A stretch of 64,000 nucleotides of DNA, from assembly GCA_035935655.1 (NCBI GenBank), contig DASYWW010000062.1, forward strand, positions 270,632 to 334,631, read 5' to 3'. This document shows, one piece after another, positions 46,286 through 56,754 of the stretch. The notes beneath the pieces were generated by a model, which was not told the origin of the DNA, made no database searches, and saw only the letters and a program-made list of their open reading frames with translations. The position numbers and the translations under genes are program-made. The stretch comes from Candidatus Bathyarchaeia archaeon. GTDB lineage: Archaea > Thermoproteota > Bathyarchaeia > 40CM-2-53-6. The first letter of the stretch is position 1. The number at the start of each line of letters is the position of its first letter.

Positions 46286-46738
46286 TCATCCCGTGACAAC
46301 AACTGTTCCGTGCATCCACGGGTGGTAGGAACACACGTACTGGTAGGTGCCCGCTACAGTGAACTTGTGACTGAACGTGGCATTCGCGTTCATGTTTCCA
46401 GAATCAAAAGAGCTAGCTCCAGACGGAACGTTGGTTGAAGTCACGGTGTGCGGAACCGGGTCATTGTTCGTCCAAACCACCGTGCCACCGTTCGCGACCG
46501 TTACACTTGCAGGGACATAGTTGAGAGCTTGAGTATTTCCAACCCCTTTCGGGATCGAGACGCTCACTGAGCTCGACACCCCAAGACTGCCAGCTGAGGC
46601 GGTGAAGATTGGAGAGCCTGTAGCGAGTTGATAGATTCCCGCCGAGGCTAGACCGATTCCTGCTCCTATGGCAAGGACGATCAGGACAGGAACAACGAGC
46701 TCGACATACTTCATTTTCTTTGGTGGAGCTGTTTGCAA
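46286..46738 (-). CDS. membrane-anchored type 1 cupredoxin (amicyanin-like)
   Basis: N-terminal TM anchor. ..PHTVTS.. and ..YVCSYHPWM.. (C-x2-H-x2-M). Confidence 0.8.
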   Translation of the reverse strand: MQTAPPKKMKYVELVVPVLIVLAIGAGIGLASAGIYQLATGSPIFTASAGSLGVSSSVSVSIPKGVGNTQALNYVPASVTVANGGTVVWTNNDPVPHTVTSTNVPSGASSFDSGNMNANATFSHKFTVAGTYQYVCSYHPWMHGTVVVTG

Positions 46739-46862
46739 ACTAGAACACAGGGACGAATTGTGAAGCGCTGAGAAAATAAGCGTTTTCCAAGGAAAAATAC
46801 ACCTCTTTTTTTCTGGTCATGCAGGCTAAAATAGGAGTGGGCAGAGGCTCGTCTGAGCTCGA

Positions 46863-47696
46863 ATGGTCAATCAGACCAGACGTGAATTTCTCAAGCTCGG
46901 TTTGGCCGCTGCCGGCAGCGCGCTCGTAGCTTCAGGGATCGAAATCCCGCTTTTCGGAAATCAGAACTCTGCCTTAACGACTCAGCTTACTAGCCTGAAA
47001 AATAGGGTCAGTACTGTGGTCGGTTTCATCAGCCTTAGCGTAGCCGAGCAATCCCTCGTGGAAAAGATCGTTGAGACAATCATACCTACGGATAGCGATC
47101 CGGGGGCGAAAGAAGCTGGGGTGATTTATTTCATCGATAGACAGTTGGCGGGCGATTATGGACAGAGCGCCAACATGTTCATGGATGGACCGTTTGTGCC
47201 GCCGGGCCAGGCTGGCCCAATCACGGTGGGAACGCAGACTTACTCTGCGGGTTCTCCCAAGGTTAGAGTCGGTGCGGGCACGAATTACCAGTACCCTCTG
47301 AATCTAAGGGAATTCTGGAGAGTCGGCTTACTAGCGCTTCAGGCTTATGCTAAGAGCGCCTACGGAGGAAACTTCGAGACGCTCTCTTCAGCGAACCAGC
47401 TACAGCTCCTACAAGATTTGTGGGCAAACAAGCCAACAAGCTTCAGCAATATTCTCCCATCCGATTTCGCCTATGAACTTGTATTCATGACATGGGCCGG
47501 ATTCCTAATGGACCCGATCTACGGTGGAAACCAGAACATGGTTGGATGGACATACACAGGGTTCAACGGAGTAAACTTCGGGAACTTCTACGGGGAAGGC
47601 CTGGACCAGAAAACTCTCATGGTCGCAACTTCTCCAACTAGGCTCAAGCCAGCAAGCCTCGCACAATATCAGCAACAAGCGTCCGGGAGATCCTAA
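46863..47696 (+). CDS. gluconate 2-dehydrogenase subunit 3-like small subunit with Tat signal
   Basis: Twin-arginine signal TRREFLKLGLAAAGSALVA. ..IIPTDSDPGAKEAGVIYFIDRQL.. is typical of the small subunit of membrane-associated GMC dehydrogenases. Confidence 0.7.
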   Translation: MVNQTRREFLKLGLAAAGSALVASGIEIPLFGNQNSALTTQLTSLKNRVSTVVGFISLSVAEQSLVEKIVETIIPTDSDPGAKEAGVIYFIDRQLAGDYGQSANMFMDGPFVPPGQAGPITVGTQTYSAGSPKVRVGAGTNYQYPLNLREFWRVGLLALQAYAKSAYGGNFETLSSANQLQLLQDLWANKPTSFSNILPSDFAYELVFMTWAGFLMDPIYGGNQNMVGWTYTGFNGVNFGNFYGEGLDQKTLMVATSPTRLKPASLAQYQQQASGRS

Positions 47697-47698
47697 AA

Positions 47699-49591
47699 AT
47701 GCCAACCACAATTACCGAGCCAGCAGCAGACGTAGTTATCCTGGGGGTCGGCTATATGAGCGGCGTAATAGCAGCCGAGCTTTCTATCGCCAGCCTAAAC
47801 GGCGGCAAAAATTACAAAGTCGTCGCGATAACAAAGGGTCCATACTGGGACTACGTCAACGACTTCTCGACAACAAAGTACGACGAATGGGGAGTTGGAC
47901 TAGGACGGAAATATGACAGTCCCCTTCCACTCCAATCGGCCACAATCAGGAACAACAGCAACCAGTTCGCACTGCCCGTCCGCAGATACACTATGCCCAT
48001 CCAGTACCATGCGCTCGGACATGGAGTAGGCGGAGCCGCCCAACACTATGGCGGCACAATGGGACGCCAAGGCCCATGGGGATACACTCAATATTCATCA
48101 ACTATCAGCAGGTACGGCTCGCCCTTTCTGAATACCGTAAACCCACATAACGATCTTGAGGACTGGCCACTGACCTACGCCCAGTATGAGCCATATTATG
48201 TGGAGTGGGAAAAAGCCCACGGACTTTGCGGAAACTACAACGGAAGTAAAACCAATTCATCGTCCGACATGGGTTATCCTTGGATGAGTCAAAACTATCC
48301 ACTGCCACCCTCGCCTATCACGCCCATCGGAACGTTATTCCAAAACGCAACTCAATCGCTCGGATACAATCCCTTTCCTCACGTCAGCGCTCTCGCGTCG
48401 CAACCATACACAAACCAATACGGTGTACCAGTCAATCCCTGCGTTTATGACGGGTACTGTGGAGGTCCTTGCGACTATGCTTGCGAGACTGGTGCCAAGG
48501 CGAACGCTGCATACAGAACCATCCCCGCGGCCGTGAGCAGCGGGAACTTCACACTTGTAGTGAATAGCTTCATCTTCCGTCTCGACACTGATCCAACAAC
48601 AGGACTAGTTACCGCGGCGCGCTACTACGATCCACAAGGAAACGTGCACATTCAGCCAGGCACGGTCTTCTTCAACGGAATGTGGGGGTACAACATGATC
48701 AGAATAATGCTCCTCTCCGGAATCGGCGCACCCTACGTATGGAATTCAAACCCAACCTTGGTTACCGGCGCTGTTGGAAGAGGTCTTACCAACGGCTATC
48801 TTCCGTACAAGGGAACGAACGTGTCCGGAACACTCCCTAACACTGGCGGCAACTCTTATCCTGCGGGCAATGGGAGCGGGGGCAGTGTGGACATTTACGA
48901 TCTGATGGACGACAACTTCGATCATAGCGTCTCCGCATTAAACGGAAGTCCTCCCTTCATCGGTGGAGCCGAGGTCGGCGCTGGAGGATATCCTGGAGGG
49001 GGACCTGGAAATATTACGTTCGCGGGCAGCGTCTCGTCAGCCAGCATGGGAGGCACGTTCAAAACCACTCAAAAGGACAAGTATCTGCCAACCAAAACAA
49101 CCCTGAGCTCGACACCACTGGCTCATGACCTTCCGACAACCGACAACTACGTCGATCTGGACCCGCACTACACCGACATCTACGGCGACCCACTCGCTAG
49201 GCTTACCTACGACTGGACACCGAACACCTACAATGGAGCTACCTACCTGGTGAACAAGGTCAAGGACATTTTCACCAAGATGGGAGCGTCAAATGTGACT
49301 GTCGGCGCAACAGTGGCGCCTGGGGCAGCACACAACGACTGGTGGGGTCATCACCTAAGAGGAGGATGCCGAATCGGAGCCAACCAGAGCACCTCCGTCT
49401 GGAACAAATGGAACCAATGTTGGTCACCCGCATCGAAACCAGTGTTCAACATCTTCGGCGCAGGCGAGATTACCAATACTTCCGGAGATAATGTTCCCTC
49501 GGGGACACATATCGCGGGTCCGCAGTCTTATCGCGCCGCTGAGGGCATCAAACAATATCTCGCGCTCGCAACCCCCGGTATTTTGCCCTAA
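47699..49591 (+). CDS. GMC-family FAD oxidoreductase, large subunit
   Basis: N-terminal ..DVVILGVGYMSGVIAAEL.. dinucleotide fold and C-terminal ..HHLRGGCRIG.. active-site region. It starts 3 nt after the small-subunit stop. Confidence 0.8.
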   Translation: MPTTITEPAADVVILGVGYMSGVIAAELSIASLNGGKNYKVVAITKGPYWDYVNDFSTTKYDEWGVGLGRKYDSPLPLQSATIRNNSNQFALPVRRYTMPIQYHALGHGVGGAAQHYGGTMGRQGPWGYTQYSSTISRYGSPFLNTVNPHNDLEDWPLTYAQYEPYYVEWEKAHGLCGNYNGSKTNSSSDMGYPWMSQNYPLPPSPITPIGTLFQNATQSLGYNPFPHVSALASQPYTNQYGVPVNPCVYDGYCGGPCDYACETGAKANAAYRTIPAAVSSGNFTLVVNSFIFRLDTDPTTGLVTAARYYDPQGNVHIQPGTVFFNGMWGYNMIRIMLLSGIGAPYVWNSNPTLVTGAVGRGLTNGYLPYKGTNVSGTLPNTGGNSYPAGNGSGGSVDIYDLMDDNFDHSVSALNGSPPFIGGAEVGAGGYPGGGPGNITFAGSVSSASMGGTFKTTQKDKYLPTKTTLSSTPLAHDLPTTDNYVDLDPHYTDIYGDPLARLTYDWTPNTYNGATYLVNKVKDIFTKMGASNVTVGATVAPGAAHNDWWGHHLRGGCRIGANQSTSVWNKWNQCWSPASKPVFNIFGAGEITNTSGDNVPSGTHIAGPQSYRAAEGIKQYLALATPGILP

Positions 49592-49661
49592 CAGCGCAAT
49601 CTCTAGTCGCTCAAGGAGTAGGCATTTGCCAGCCCTAAGACTATCCGGCAAGCCAAAGCCG

Positions 49662-50234
49662 ATGCCTATTCCTCACTTCGAGAGCAGAATCCCAAAACCG
49701 GAAGAACTTGTAGTCCTCAACAAGAAATTACTCGATGCGACTATCCTGATAGGAAATGCTCTCACGGGCTGCGTGAACAAATGGGCGCTTGGAGGGGATG
49801 TTGCCGAGGTAATATCAGGCGTCAACGTAAGACCAGATCACATCTCAATACTAACTACCAAGTCAGGCTGCGATGAGATAACAGGAAAGCTCGCAAATTA
49901 TCAGATTGAATTCGGTGGCACTGATGAGAGAGAGATAGTGAGGGAAGCGATAGTCGACCTGAAACCCTACAAAGTTCGTATCCAAAGCTACATGGCCCGA
50001 TTTGATGTTGAAGGTTCACGGCTCGATGTACACGGTGACTTACAAATCAAGGTGGGAGCCTGGGAGTGGGGAGACCCGCTCGACTTCGAACCGGATTACG
50101 TATACGTCGTGGGCGTGAAGGTTCCAATTGTCCCGCTTAAGATGAAGAGCGAATTGTATACCGGTCTGGGCTGGCTGGATCGTGCGTCGAAGATACACGA
50201 GGCCGTGATGAGGAGCCGTCACATGTTCGGCTAG
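49662..50234 (+). CDS. hypothetical protein
   Basis: ~190 aa from the internal ATG (MPIPHFES..). The upstream part of the ORF overlaps the GMC gene. No motif recognised. Confidence 0.45.
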   Translation: MPIPHFESRIPKPEELVVLNKKLLDATILIGNALTGCVNKWALGGDVAEVISGVNVRPDHISILTTKSGCDEITGKLANYQIEFGGTDEREIVREAIVDLKPYKVRIQSYMARFDVEGSRLDVHGDLQIKVGAWEWGDPLDFEPDYVYVVGVKVPIVPLKMKSELYTGLGWLDRASKIHEAVMRSRHMFG

Positions 50235-50245
50235 GCGAGTAACCT

Positions 50246-51838
50246 TTGGCCCAACAAGTCCTGGCTGCAACTCCGAATGTCCTCCGGAAAAACCGCGGAA
50301 GGCTAGTTGGAAAAGAGGCTTGGAGACGAAATCTGAACCTTGCGTCCTTGGCCGCGTTCAAGATCGGTAGCAGCCTCGGAACCAAAGGAGCGTACAAGCT
50401 TGTGACGTATCAGAGGGGTCCTGAAATGGTGATGAAGGTCACCAAGGACGCGATCGATGTTGTCGACGAGCTGGGTATCGAACATCCGGCAATGATGACC
50501 CTGGCTGAGGCAGCCAAGATCCAGCGTCAGCATACTGGAGACGGAATCGCCACTCTTCTCGTTCTAGTCTCAGCACTCCTAACCGAGGCCGACAAGCTAA
50601 TCGAGATGGGCTTCCACGCGAACACGATCCTTGAGGGCTATCTGAAAGCGACCAAGAAATCGATCGCGATTATCAACGAAACGGGAGAGAATGTCGGGAA
50701 AGACCTTGACGAGCACCTCTTGGAGGGCATTGATTGCGGAAGGGAACTCCTCAGTAGAAACCTGCGAAGGAATCTTTCCGAGGCTATTAGCTGCGTCACG
50801 GAAAATGGAGCTATCGACATCAGCAGAATACGAATTGTGACAAAGCACGGGGGTCAGACGTACGATTCCGAGCTAGTGCGCGGAGTCGTCCTCAAGCAAG
50901 GCAAAGCCCATCCAAGCATGCCGGACTGGATCGACGCCCCTAGAATCGCATTCGTAACTAAGCTCGAGATCAAACGCCTAGAGCTGAAGTCGAAAGATGA
51001 AGGGCCGTTCTCAGTCAAGTTGAACATAACAAGCCGAGAACATATCCAGCAATTCAGATCTGAAGAGAATCGACTAAGAAGTCTCTTGGTCGAAAGAGTG
51101 AAAACGGCGGGAGCTAACGTTCTGATCTCCCGATCGAAGATCGACGATAGACTCTCCGACCAATTTAGCAGGCAAGGAGTCTTTGTCGTGCAACTCGTTG
51201 ACTACCAGGAATTCGAAGCCGCCGCAAAAGCGACCGGCGGGACTATTGTCAGTAATGTTGACCAGCTTGAGAAACGGGACGTAGGAATTGCGAAGAGGCT
51301 GGAGGCTGACAAGATCAGGCCCAATGATATCGTCATCGTTCACTGCGAAGGAGGGGCCACACTTCTGCTTCGAGGCAGTAGTCCCGAGCTCGTGTCGGAG
51401 CTGGAAAAGACGGTGAAAAGAGCGCTCCTCATACTGAAACATTCGCGGTCGAACCCCAAAGTGGTCCCTGGGGGAGCGGCGATCCATATTGAACTAGCCT
51501 TGCAGCTCAGAAGATATGCGCTAACATTTGAGGGAAGAGAGCAGTTCGTAATTGGCTCCTTCGCCGACGCGTTAGAAAAAATTCCTGAGTGCCTCTCCAC
51601 GAACTATGGCCTCGATCCAATTGATACGATGATCCAGCTTCGCAATCATCACGCTAATGGGAGGCAGGCAATGGGTGTGGGAGAGAATGGAGGCATTGAC
51701 ATGTATGAAGCGAACGTGATCGAGCTCGCCTCGGTAAACAAGGCCAACATTCACAGAGCCTTTGAGCTCGTTTCCCTGTTGCTAAGAATCGATGACTGCT
51801 TCTACGTGAAAGATATTCCAAAGTTCCACAAACAGTAG
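50246..51838 (+). CDS. thermosome (group II chaperonin) paralog with degenerate nucleotide motifs
   Basis: Collinear with thermosome subunits (..LGTKGAYKLV.., ..IEHPAMMTLAEAAK.., ..GDGIATLLVL.., ..VPGGAAIHIELA..). Canonical LGPKG, GDGTTT, GGGA.E and E(R/K)S..DA are altered. Confidence 0.8.
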   Translation: MAQQVLAATPNVLRKNRGRLVGKEAWRRNLNLASLAAFKIGSSLGTKGAYKLVTYQRGPEMVMKVTKDAIDVVDELGIEHPAMMTLAEAAKIQRQHTGDGIATLLVLVSALLTEADKLIEMGFHANTILEGYLKATKKSIAIINETGENVGKDLDEHLLEGIDCGRELLSRNLRRNLSEAISCVTENGAIDISRIRIVTKHGGQTYDSELVRGVVLKQGKAHPSMPDWIDAPRIAFVTKLEIKRLELKSKDEGPFSVKLNITSREHIQQFRSEENRLRSLLVERVKTAGANVLISRSKIDDRLSDQFSRQGVFVVQLVDYQEFEAAAKATGGTIVSNVDQLEKRDVGIAKRLEADKIRPNDIVIVHCEGGATLLLRGSSPELVSELEKTVKRALLILKHSRSNPKVVPGGAAIHIELALQLRRYALTFEGREQFVIGSFADALEKIPECLSTNYGLDPIDTMIQLRNHHANGRQAMGVGENGGIDMYEANVIELASVNKANIHRAFELVSLLLRIDDCFYVKDIPKFHKQ

Positions 51839-51873
51839 CATATTCCGACTGATCCGGGGCATCTTCGACGCTA

Positions 51874-52389
51874 ATTCTCACAATCGGACACTCGACAAGA
51901 ACAATAGAGAATTTTCTGGACATCCTCCACGCTCAAACAATCACGCGACTCGTCGATATCCGGACAATACCTCGATCTAGGCACAACCCACAATTCAACC
52001 AACAATCACTCTCCGAGAAATTGAAAGAATCCACGATAGACTACGTCCCAATGAAGAGCTTGGGCGGTCTGCGCCACCCCGACCATACCTCGTCGAATAT
52101 GGGTTGGAGGAACCGGTCATTCAGAGGGTTCGCAGACTACATGCAATCTCAAGAGTTCACAGAAGGTCTTGAAGAACTAGTAGAGCTTGCTCGGAAAGCT
52201 CAGGTTGTCATTATGTGTGCCGAGGTCCTGCCATGGCGGTGTCACCGGTGGTTGATCTCTGACGCCCTGACTATCCGAGGGGTACAGGTGGAACACATTA
52301 TGACGATCAAAAAGCGCACAACACACACGCTGACAAGATGGGCCCATGTTGAAGATACACAGATTACCTACCCTGAGAATATTGCCTGA
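51874..52389 (+). CDS. DUF488 family protein, no canonical start codon upstream of the conserved N-terminus
   Basis: In-frame translation from 51853 gives ..LILTIGHSTRTIENFLDILHAQTITRLVDIRTIPRSRHNPQF.. (DUF488 N-terminal region) and later ..MCAEVLPWRCHRWLISD... There is no ATG/GTG/TTG between the stop at 51850 and the TTG at 52021, so the start given here (ATT 51874) is a guess. Confidence 0.6.
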   Translation: MLTIGHSTRTIENFLDILHAQTITRLVDIRTIPRSRHNPQFNQQSLSEKLKESTIDYVPMKSLGGLRHPDHTSSNMGWRNRSFRGFADYMQSQEFTEGLEELVELARKAQVVIMCAEVLPWRCHRWLISDALTIRGVQVEHIMTIKKRTTHTLTRWAHVEDTQITYPENIA

Positions 52390-52679
52390 TCTATCTCTTC
52401 TAAGCTATCGAGGAGGACACTTTTTTTCCCTGATGAATCGCCCATCTGAAGCCTTATGTCGAACCAGAGGCGTAGTCACTGTAATCGGGAGATTGTTTAG
52501 ACGCCGGAAGACGAGCCCTACGCTTGCCCAAACTGCGATTACGAAATTGATAGTTGTAGGTGCGCTTGCCTGTACTGCGCCGAGAATGAAGTATGTGAAT
52601 GCGCAATTGGATACAATAAGGCGACAGGAGGCTAAGAACCACGAGTCGTACCCCTGTTAAGGTCAACGATCTGTCATGG

Positions 52680-54611
52680 ATGACAGGTGGTCCGCAGGGT
52701 AGCGGAGTAGATTCATCCGCCAACATTTTCGCGAGGGCGTGCGTGCTCGGTGGGCTCTGGACCTTCGGGCTCCGAGAATACTACTCCAGCATCAAAGGGC
52801 CGCACAGCTACTTCGAAGTCAGGGTAAACAGCGACAAGATCCGGTCCCACGTAAACAACGTGGATGTCCTAGCTACCTTCGATGCCGAGACCCTGATCCG
52901 CCATGCGGACGAAGTAACTCCGGGAGGAGGAATCCTCTACGATCCGACATTCGCCAACATCGAGATCGACAAGATCGATTCGATCGAGACCCCGGTCGTG
53001 TTGAGGATCAAGGCAAGACTGGCAAAGCAGGGTCTGCCTGGAAGCGTCAGCGGGATACTCGACGAGGCGAGGAAGAGAGGAGTCAACCTATTCCCGATGC
53101 CGTACAATGACATCATTGCAAAGACGGCGGCCCAGATCGGAGAACACCAGCTAAGCAAACTCTCAAGAATCGTCAACGTTCTGTCCGTCGCGGCCTCCTT
53201 CGCAATCCTCGGTTTCGACGAGGCGTACCTCAACCAGTCCATTGAGAGAGCGTTCGCCAGCAAGAGGAAGGTCGTTGACATGAACGAGATAGGCGCAAAG
53301 CTCGCCTACGATGCTGCGAAGTCCCAGTTGAAGCAACAGTTTCCATTCCAGCTCCACCCTATCCAGAACCAACCGAGGCTATTGTTGATGGGTGTTGAGG
53401 CAGTTGCACTTGGGAAGCTGGTGGGCGGTTGCAGGGTCCAGACCTATTACCCGATAACCCCTGCGGCTGACGAGAGCGAGTTCTTAGAATCGCACGGAAA
53501 CTTCGACATCTCGGTTGGCAACAATCCGGGCCAAAAAGGCTCGATTCTAGTGACACAGACAGAGGATGAGATCGCGGCCATAACCATGGCGACGGGAGCT
53601 GCGCTGACGGGAGCGAGAGCCGCAACGTCCACGTCGGGTCCGGGCTTTTCCTTGATGGTCGAGGGATTGGGATGGGCGGGAATGAACGAGGTTCCGCTCG
53701 TCATAACCCACTACCAGAGAGGCGGTCCAGCGACGGGACAACCGACGAGACATGAGCAGGGAGATCTGAAGTTCGTCCTCAGCGCCGCCCACGGGGAGTT
53801 CCCGAGAATCGTCTTGTGCTCAGGGGACATGGAAGAAAGCTTCTACGACGCGATCAGGATTTTCAACTATGCAGAACGATTCCAGATGCCCAGCATCCAC
53901 TTGATCGACAAGGGACTAGCGAACAACAGCATGACCATTACCCCACCAAAAGGCGATCTAGTCCCAATTCAAAGGGGAAAACTGATCCAAGGAGACCATC
54001 AGGGAAATGGCGATGCGGAACCATACAGACGATTTGCTTTCACCGAGGACGGCGTCTCGCCGAGAGCAGTTCTAGGAACGCCAGGCTATCGCTTCTGGAA
54101 CACTGGAGACGAGCATGATGAGATGGGACACATCGAGGAAGACCCGGACAACAGGGTGAAAATGATGACGAAGAGGATGACGAAGCTCGAGACGGCGGCG
54201 AAGGAGATTCCAGAAGAGGAGAAAGTGAACTTCTTCCGCTCCTCCAAGAAACAAGCAGACGTCACGATTGTAAGCTGGGGATCCACCAAAGGACCCATAC
54301 TCGACGCGATGAAACTACTAGAGAAAGACGGGATCGGGGTAGAATTTCTACAGATAAGACTCGTAAGCCCCTTCCCAACCGAGACAGTCAAACAAAAACT
54401 AGAGGGAGCCAAACTGTTGGTAGATATTGAACAGAACTATTCAGGCCAGATGGCGGCAGTAATAGCGGAAAAGACAATGATAGATATCAAGAACAAGATC
54501 GTGAAATTCAATGGTAGACCAATGTCACAAGACGAGATCTATCAATCAGTCAAACAAGTAATGTCCAACCCATCGCAAAACAGGAGAATCGTGCTAACAC
54601 ATGGCGCTTAG
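52680..54611 (+). CDS. 2-oxoacid:ferredoxin oxidoreductase, fused alpha/gamma subunit
   Basis: 643 aa, collinear with the large subunit of two-subunit archaeal OFORs (..[15 protein letters not shown].., ..YYPITPA.., ..GPGFSLM..). Confidence 0.9.
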   Translation: MTGGPQGSGVDSSANIFARACVLGGLWTFGLREYYSSIKGPHSYFEVRVNSDKIRSHVNNVDVLATFDAETLIRHADEVTPGGGILYDPTFANIEIDKIDSIETPVVLRIKARLAKQGLPGSVSGILDEARKRGVNLFPMPYNDIIAKTAAQIGEHQLSKLSRIVNVLSVAASFAILGFDEAYLNQSIERAFASKRKVVDMNEIGAKLAYDAAKSQLKQQFPFQLHPIQNQPRLLLMGVEAVALGKLVGGCRVQTYYPITPAADESEFLESHGNFDISVGNNPGQKGSILVTQTEDEIAAITMATGAALTGARAATSTSGPGFSLMVEGLGWAGMNEVPLVITHYQRGGPATGQPTRHEQGDLKFVLSAAHGEFPRIVLCSGDMEESFYDAIRIFNYAERFQMPSIHLIDKGLANNSMTITPPKGDLVPIQRGKLIQGDHQGNGDAEPYRRFAFTEDGVSPRAVLGTPGYRFWNTGDEHDEMGHIEEDPDNRVKMMTKRMTKLETAAKEIPEEEKVNFFRSSKKQADVTIVSWGSTKGPILDAMKLLEKDGIGVEFLQIRLVSPFPTETVKQKLEGAKLLVDIEQNYSGQMAAVIAEKTMIDIKNKIVKFNGRPMSQDEIYQSVKQVMSNPSQNRRIVLTHGA

Positions 54612-55593
54612 GCTCACCGACCTCAAGACAGAGGTCCACAACGACTGGTGCCCCGGATGCGGAGACTTTGGTATCGAAGCCTCGCTGAAAATGGCCCTAA
54701 CAGAGATGCCTGTTGACATCAACAAGGTCGCACTATTCTCCGGAATCGGATGCTCCAGCAAACTCGTCCACTTCACCAACGCCTTCGGTATCCATACGCT
54801 GCACGGAAGAGTGCTAGGTTATGCGCAAGGCGCCAAGCTAGCTAATCCCGATCTCGAGGTTATCGCTGTGGGAGGAGACGGTGACGGGCTGGGGATTGGT
54901 GCAGGCCATTTCGTTCATGCTGGAAGACGGAACATCGATATGGCCTACATTATCCACGACAACGGCGTCTACGGCCTGACCAAAGGACAGGCTTCTCCGA
55001 CACTACATCTCGGAATGCAGACGAAATCTCTTCCAGAGCCGAACATTAACAGCAATATCAATCCGATAATGCTCGCTTTAGCGTCAGGAATTACTTTCAT
55101 CGCGCGAAGCTACGCCTACAATACGAGACATCTCAAAGAGATGATCAAGAAAGCCGTCGCCCACAAGGGCTTCGCACTAATAGACGCTCTCCAGCCATGT
55201 CCAACGTACAACGACATCAACACAAAAGAATGGTATGGTGGCGAAGATAGAATCGACTCTGCGACAAAGCGAGCGATGCCGCGAACGTACGATCTGGAGG
55301 CGACAGGCTACAATGGAAGGGTCACGGCAGATATGAGCGATGAAGAAATTGACAAACATCTTGTCCAGGTTATAGAGAAGTCGAGAGAATGGGGCGACAA
55401 GATCCCAATCGGGATCTTTTACCAAAACGAGACCGTGCCAACGTATGAGGAACGGATCAACGCGCGAAGCCCAAGTTACCTGAAAGAGCCACCTGCAAGT
55501 CAACGACTTGCGAAGATCGATGGAAAATCAATCGTGAATCTTGCGAATCTCTCAAGAGAACTCCTACTCGAAAGCTTGGCAGTAACGCAATAA
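54601..55593 (+). CDS. 2-oxoacid:ferredoxin oxidoreductase, beta (TPP-binding) subunit
   Basis: ..[10 protein letters not shown].. and ..[14 protein letters not shown]... Overlaps the alpha-subunit stop by 11 nt. Confidence 0.9.
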   Translation: MALRLTDLKTEVHNDWCPGCGDFGIEASLKMALTEMPVDINKVALFSGIGCSSKLVHFTNAFGIHTLHGRVLGYAQGAKLANPDLEVIAVGGDGDGLGIGAGHFVHAGRRNIDMAYIIHDNGVYGLTKGQASPTLHLGMQTKSLPEPNINSNINPIMLALASGITFIARSYAYNTRHLKEMIKKAVAHKGFALIDALQPCPTYNDINTKEWYGGEDRIDSATKRAMPRTYDLEATGYNGRVTADMSDEEIDKHLVQVIEKSREWGDKIPIGIFYQNETVPTYEERINARSPSYLKEPPASQRLAKIDGKSIVNLANLSRELLLESLAVTQ

Positions 55594-55903
55594 AGCGTCA
55601 CGAATCTAAGCAGATTCCTAGATTAACTTGGAGGATTGGGGCAGCATCAAGGTCAGCGGCTGACTCTCGCCGACAAGGATTACCCTAACTTATTGGCCAC
55701 TCCAATAAGCCATAGCGAATTCTGACGGGGGTGAAGCCTAGAGTGTTCTTTGAGAAATCCAGAATGTCGAGGTTTGTTAGAGGAATATGTCTAGTCTCTT
55801 TTCGCACATCGTCCTCGACCATCCGGTCGTACTCGCGCTCGATCCGTCCCTTGACGGAGGCTGACATCCTCTATGGTCCTCCTTGGACGTTTTGCTGCCC
55901 CAT

Positions 55904-56224
55904 TCAACCTTGATAGGCTTCCCCGGTCTGGCCAGCCGCGTCCTTCTCCAGTTTGCTGATCGAACCCTGCAGTTTGCGCTTTCGTGTCTCCATCTCCTTC
56001 AACCGTCTCTCCCAATCCTTGAACTGCATGTCCCGCAGAACCTGGTTCAACACCTGAGCCGTGTTTGTGGGGACCTGCGTCCAACGTTCGCGAACCTTCA
56101 GATCGACCTTCTCATCGAGCATCATCTCGCTCGACTTTGCTATGCTCTTTCGAAGCTGGACGACTAAGTCCGACCGGAGGCTGTCAGTTTCGTTTCCATC
56201 GACTCCATCGCTACTTTCCACCAA
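55904..56224 (-). CDS. hypothetical coiled-coil protein (coding status uncertain)
   Basis: 106-aa charged ORF in a region where both strands carry overlapping ORFs of similar length. Confidence 0.3.
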   Translation of the reverse strand: MVESSDGVDGNETDSLRSDLVVQLRKSIAKSSEMMLDEKVDLKVRERWTQVPTNTAQVLNQVLRDMQFKDWERRLKEMETRKRKLQGSISKLEKDAAGQTGEAYQG

Positions 56225-56754
56225 ATTCGAACACTCAATTTCTTACAACCAACCGGCTTCGCGACGCGTCTTCTCTCGTAGTCCAAGCATTCTCCAGAAC
56301 ACACATGGTGTCAGGCGATTGTCGAAGCTACCAAGAAGCTACGTTACGAGCCGATTGCTAACCGAGATAGTAGATATCCTTCGAGACTATTAGGTGGGAC
56401 CCCGCCGAATCACGCGGCCATTGGTACTCGTTAGAGATGAAGGCGATAGTCTCCCCTTTTACCGTCCAGAGTATTGAGTCCTTTTGTCACATGCTCCCGA
56501 AAGAGGGTGGCTGCCTGGCTCATCAAGTGGTCTTCAAATGGACTTGATCATTCCTTCCGATAAACCAATGGCTCTGGAGATGATATCACGTGTATCCCTG
56601 TTTCACGAGCTTCTTGATCTGTCAGACGAGGTACCCCCAACCGTTGGAGCAGGCCTCGTAGCATTCACACTCCGGCGCTAATCCAAGGGGCACGTCGGGG
56701 AGTAGTGGAGCCAATATAGAGAATCCATAAAGGTAAACCCAGAGACCGCCCGTC

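Noticed and set aside
52650-52680. Possible upstream extension of the OFOR alpha subunit (in-frame ..VNDLSW before the ATG at 52680).
   Set aside because: No canonical start codon lies in the open upstream frame, so the ATG at 52680 was kept. This may be another case of near-cognate initiation, but the evidence is weaker than for the DUF488 gene.
56390-56700. Broken short frames on the minus strand (..NGWGYLV*, ..IKKLVKQGYT*, ..QSHWFIGRNDQVHL..) that looked vaguely like a HicA-type toxin remnant.
   Set aside because: The order of the fragments does not match the HicA domain order, and the similarity is too weak to claim a pseudogene.
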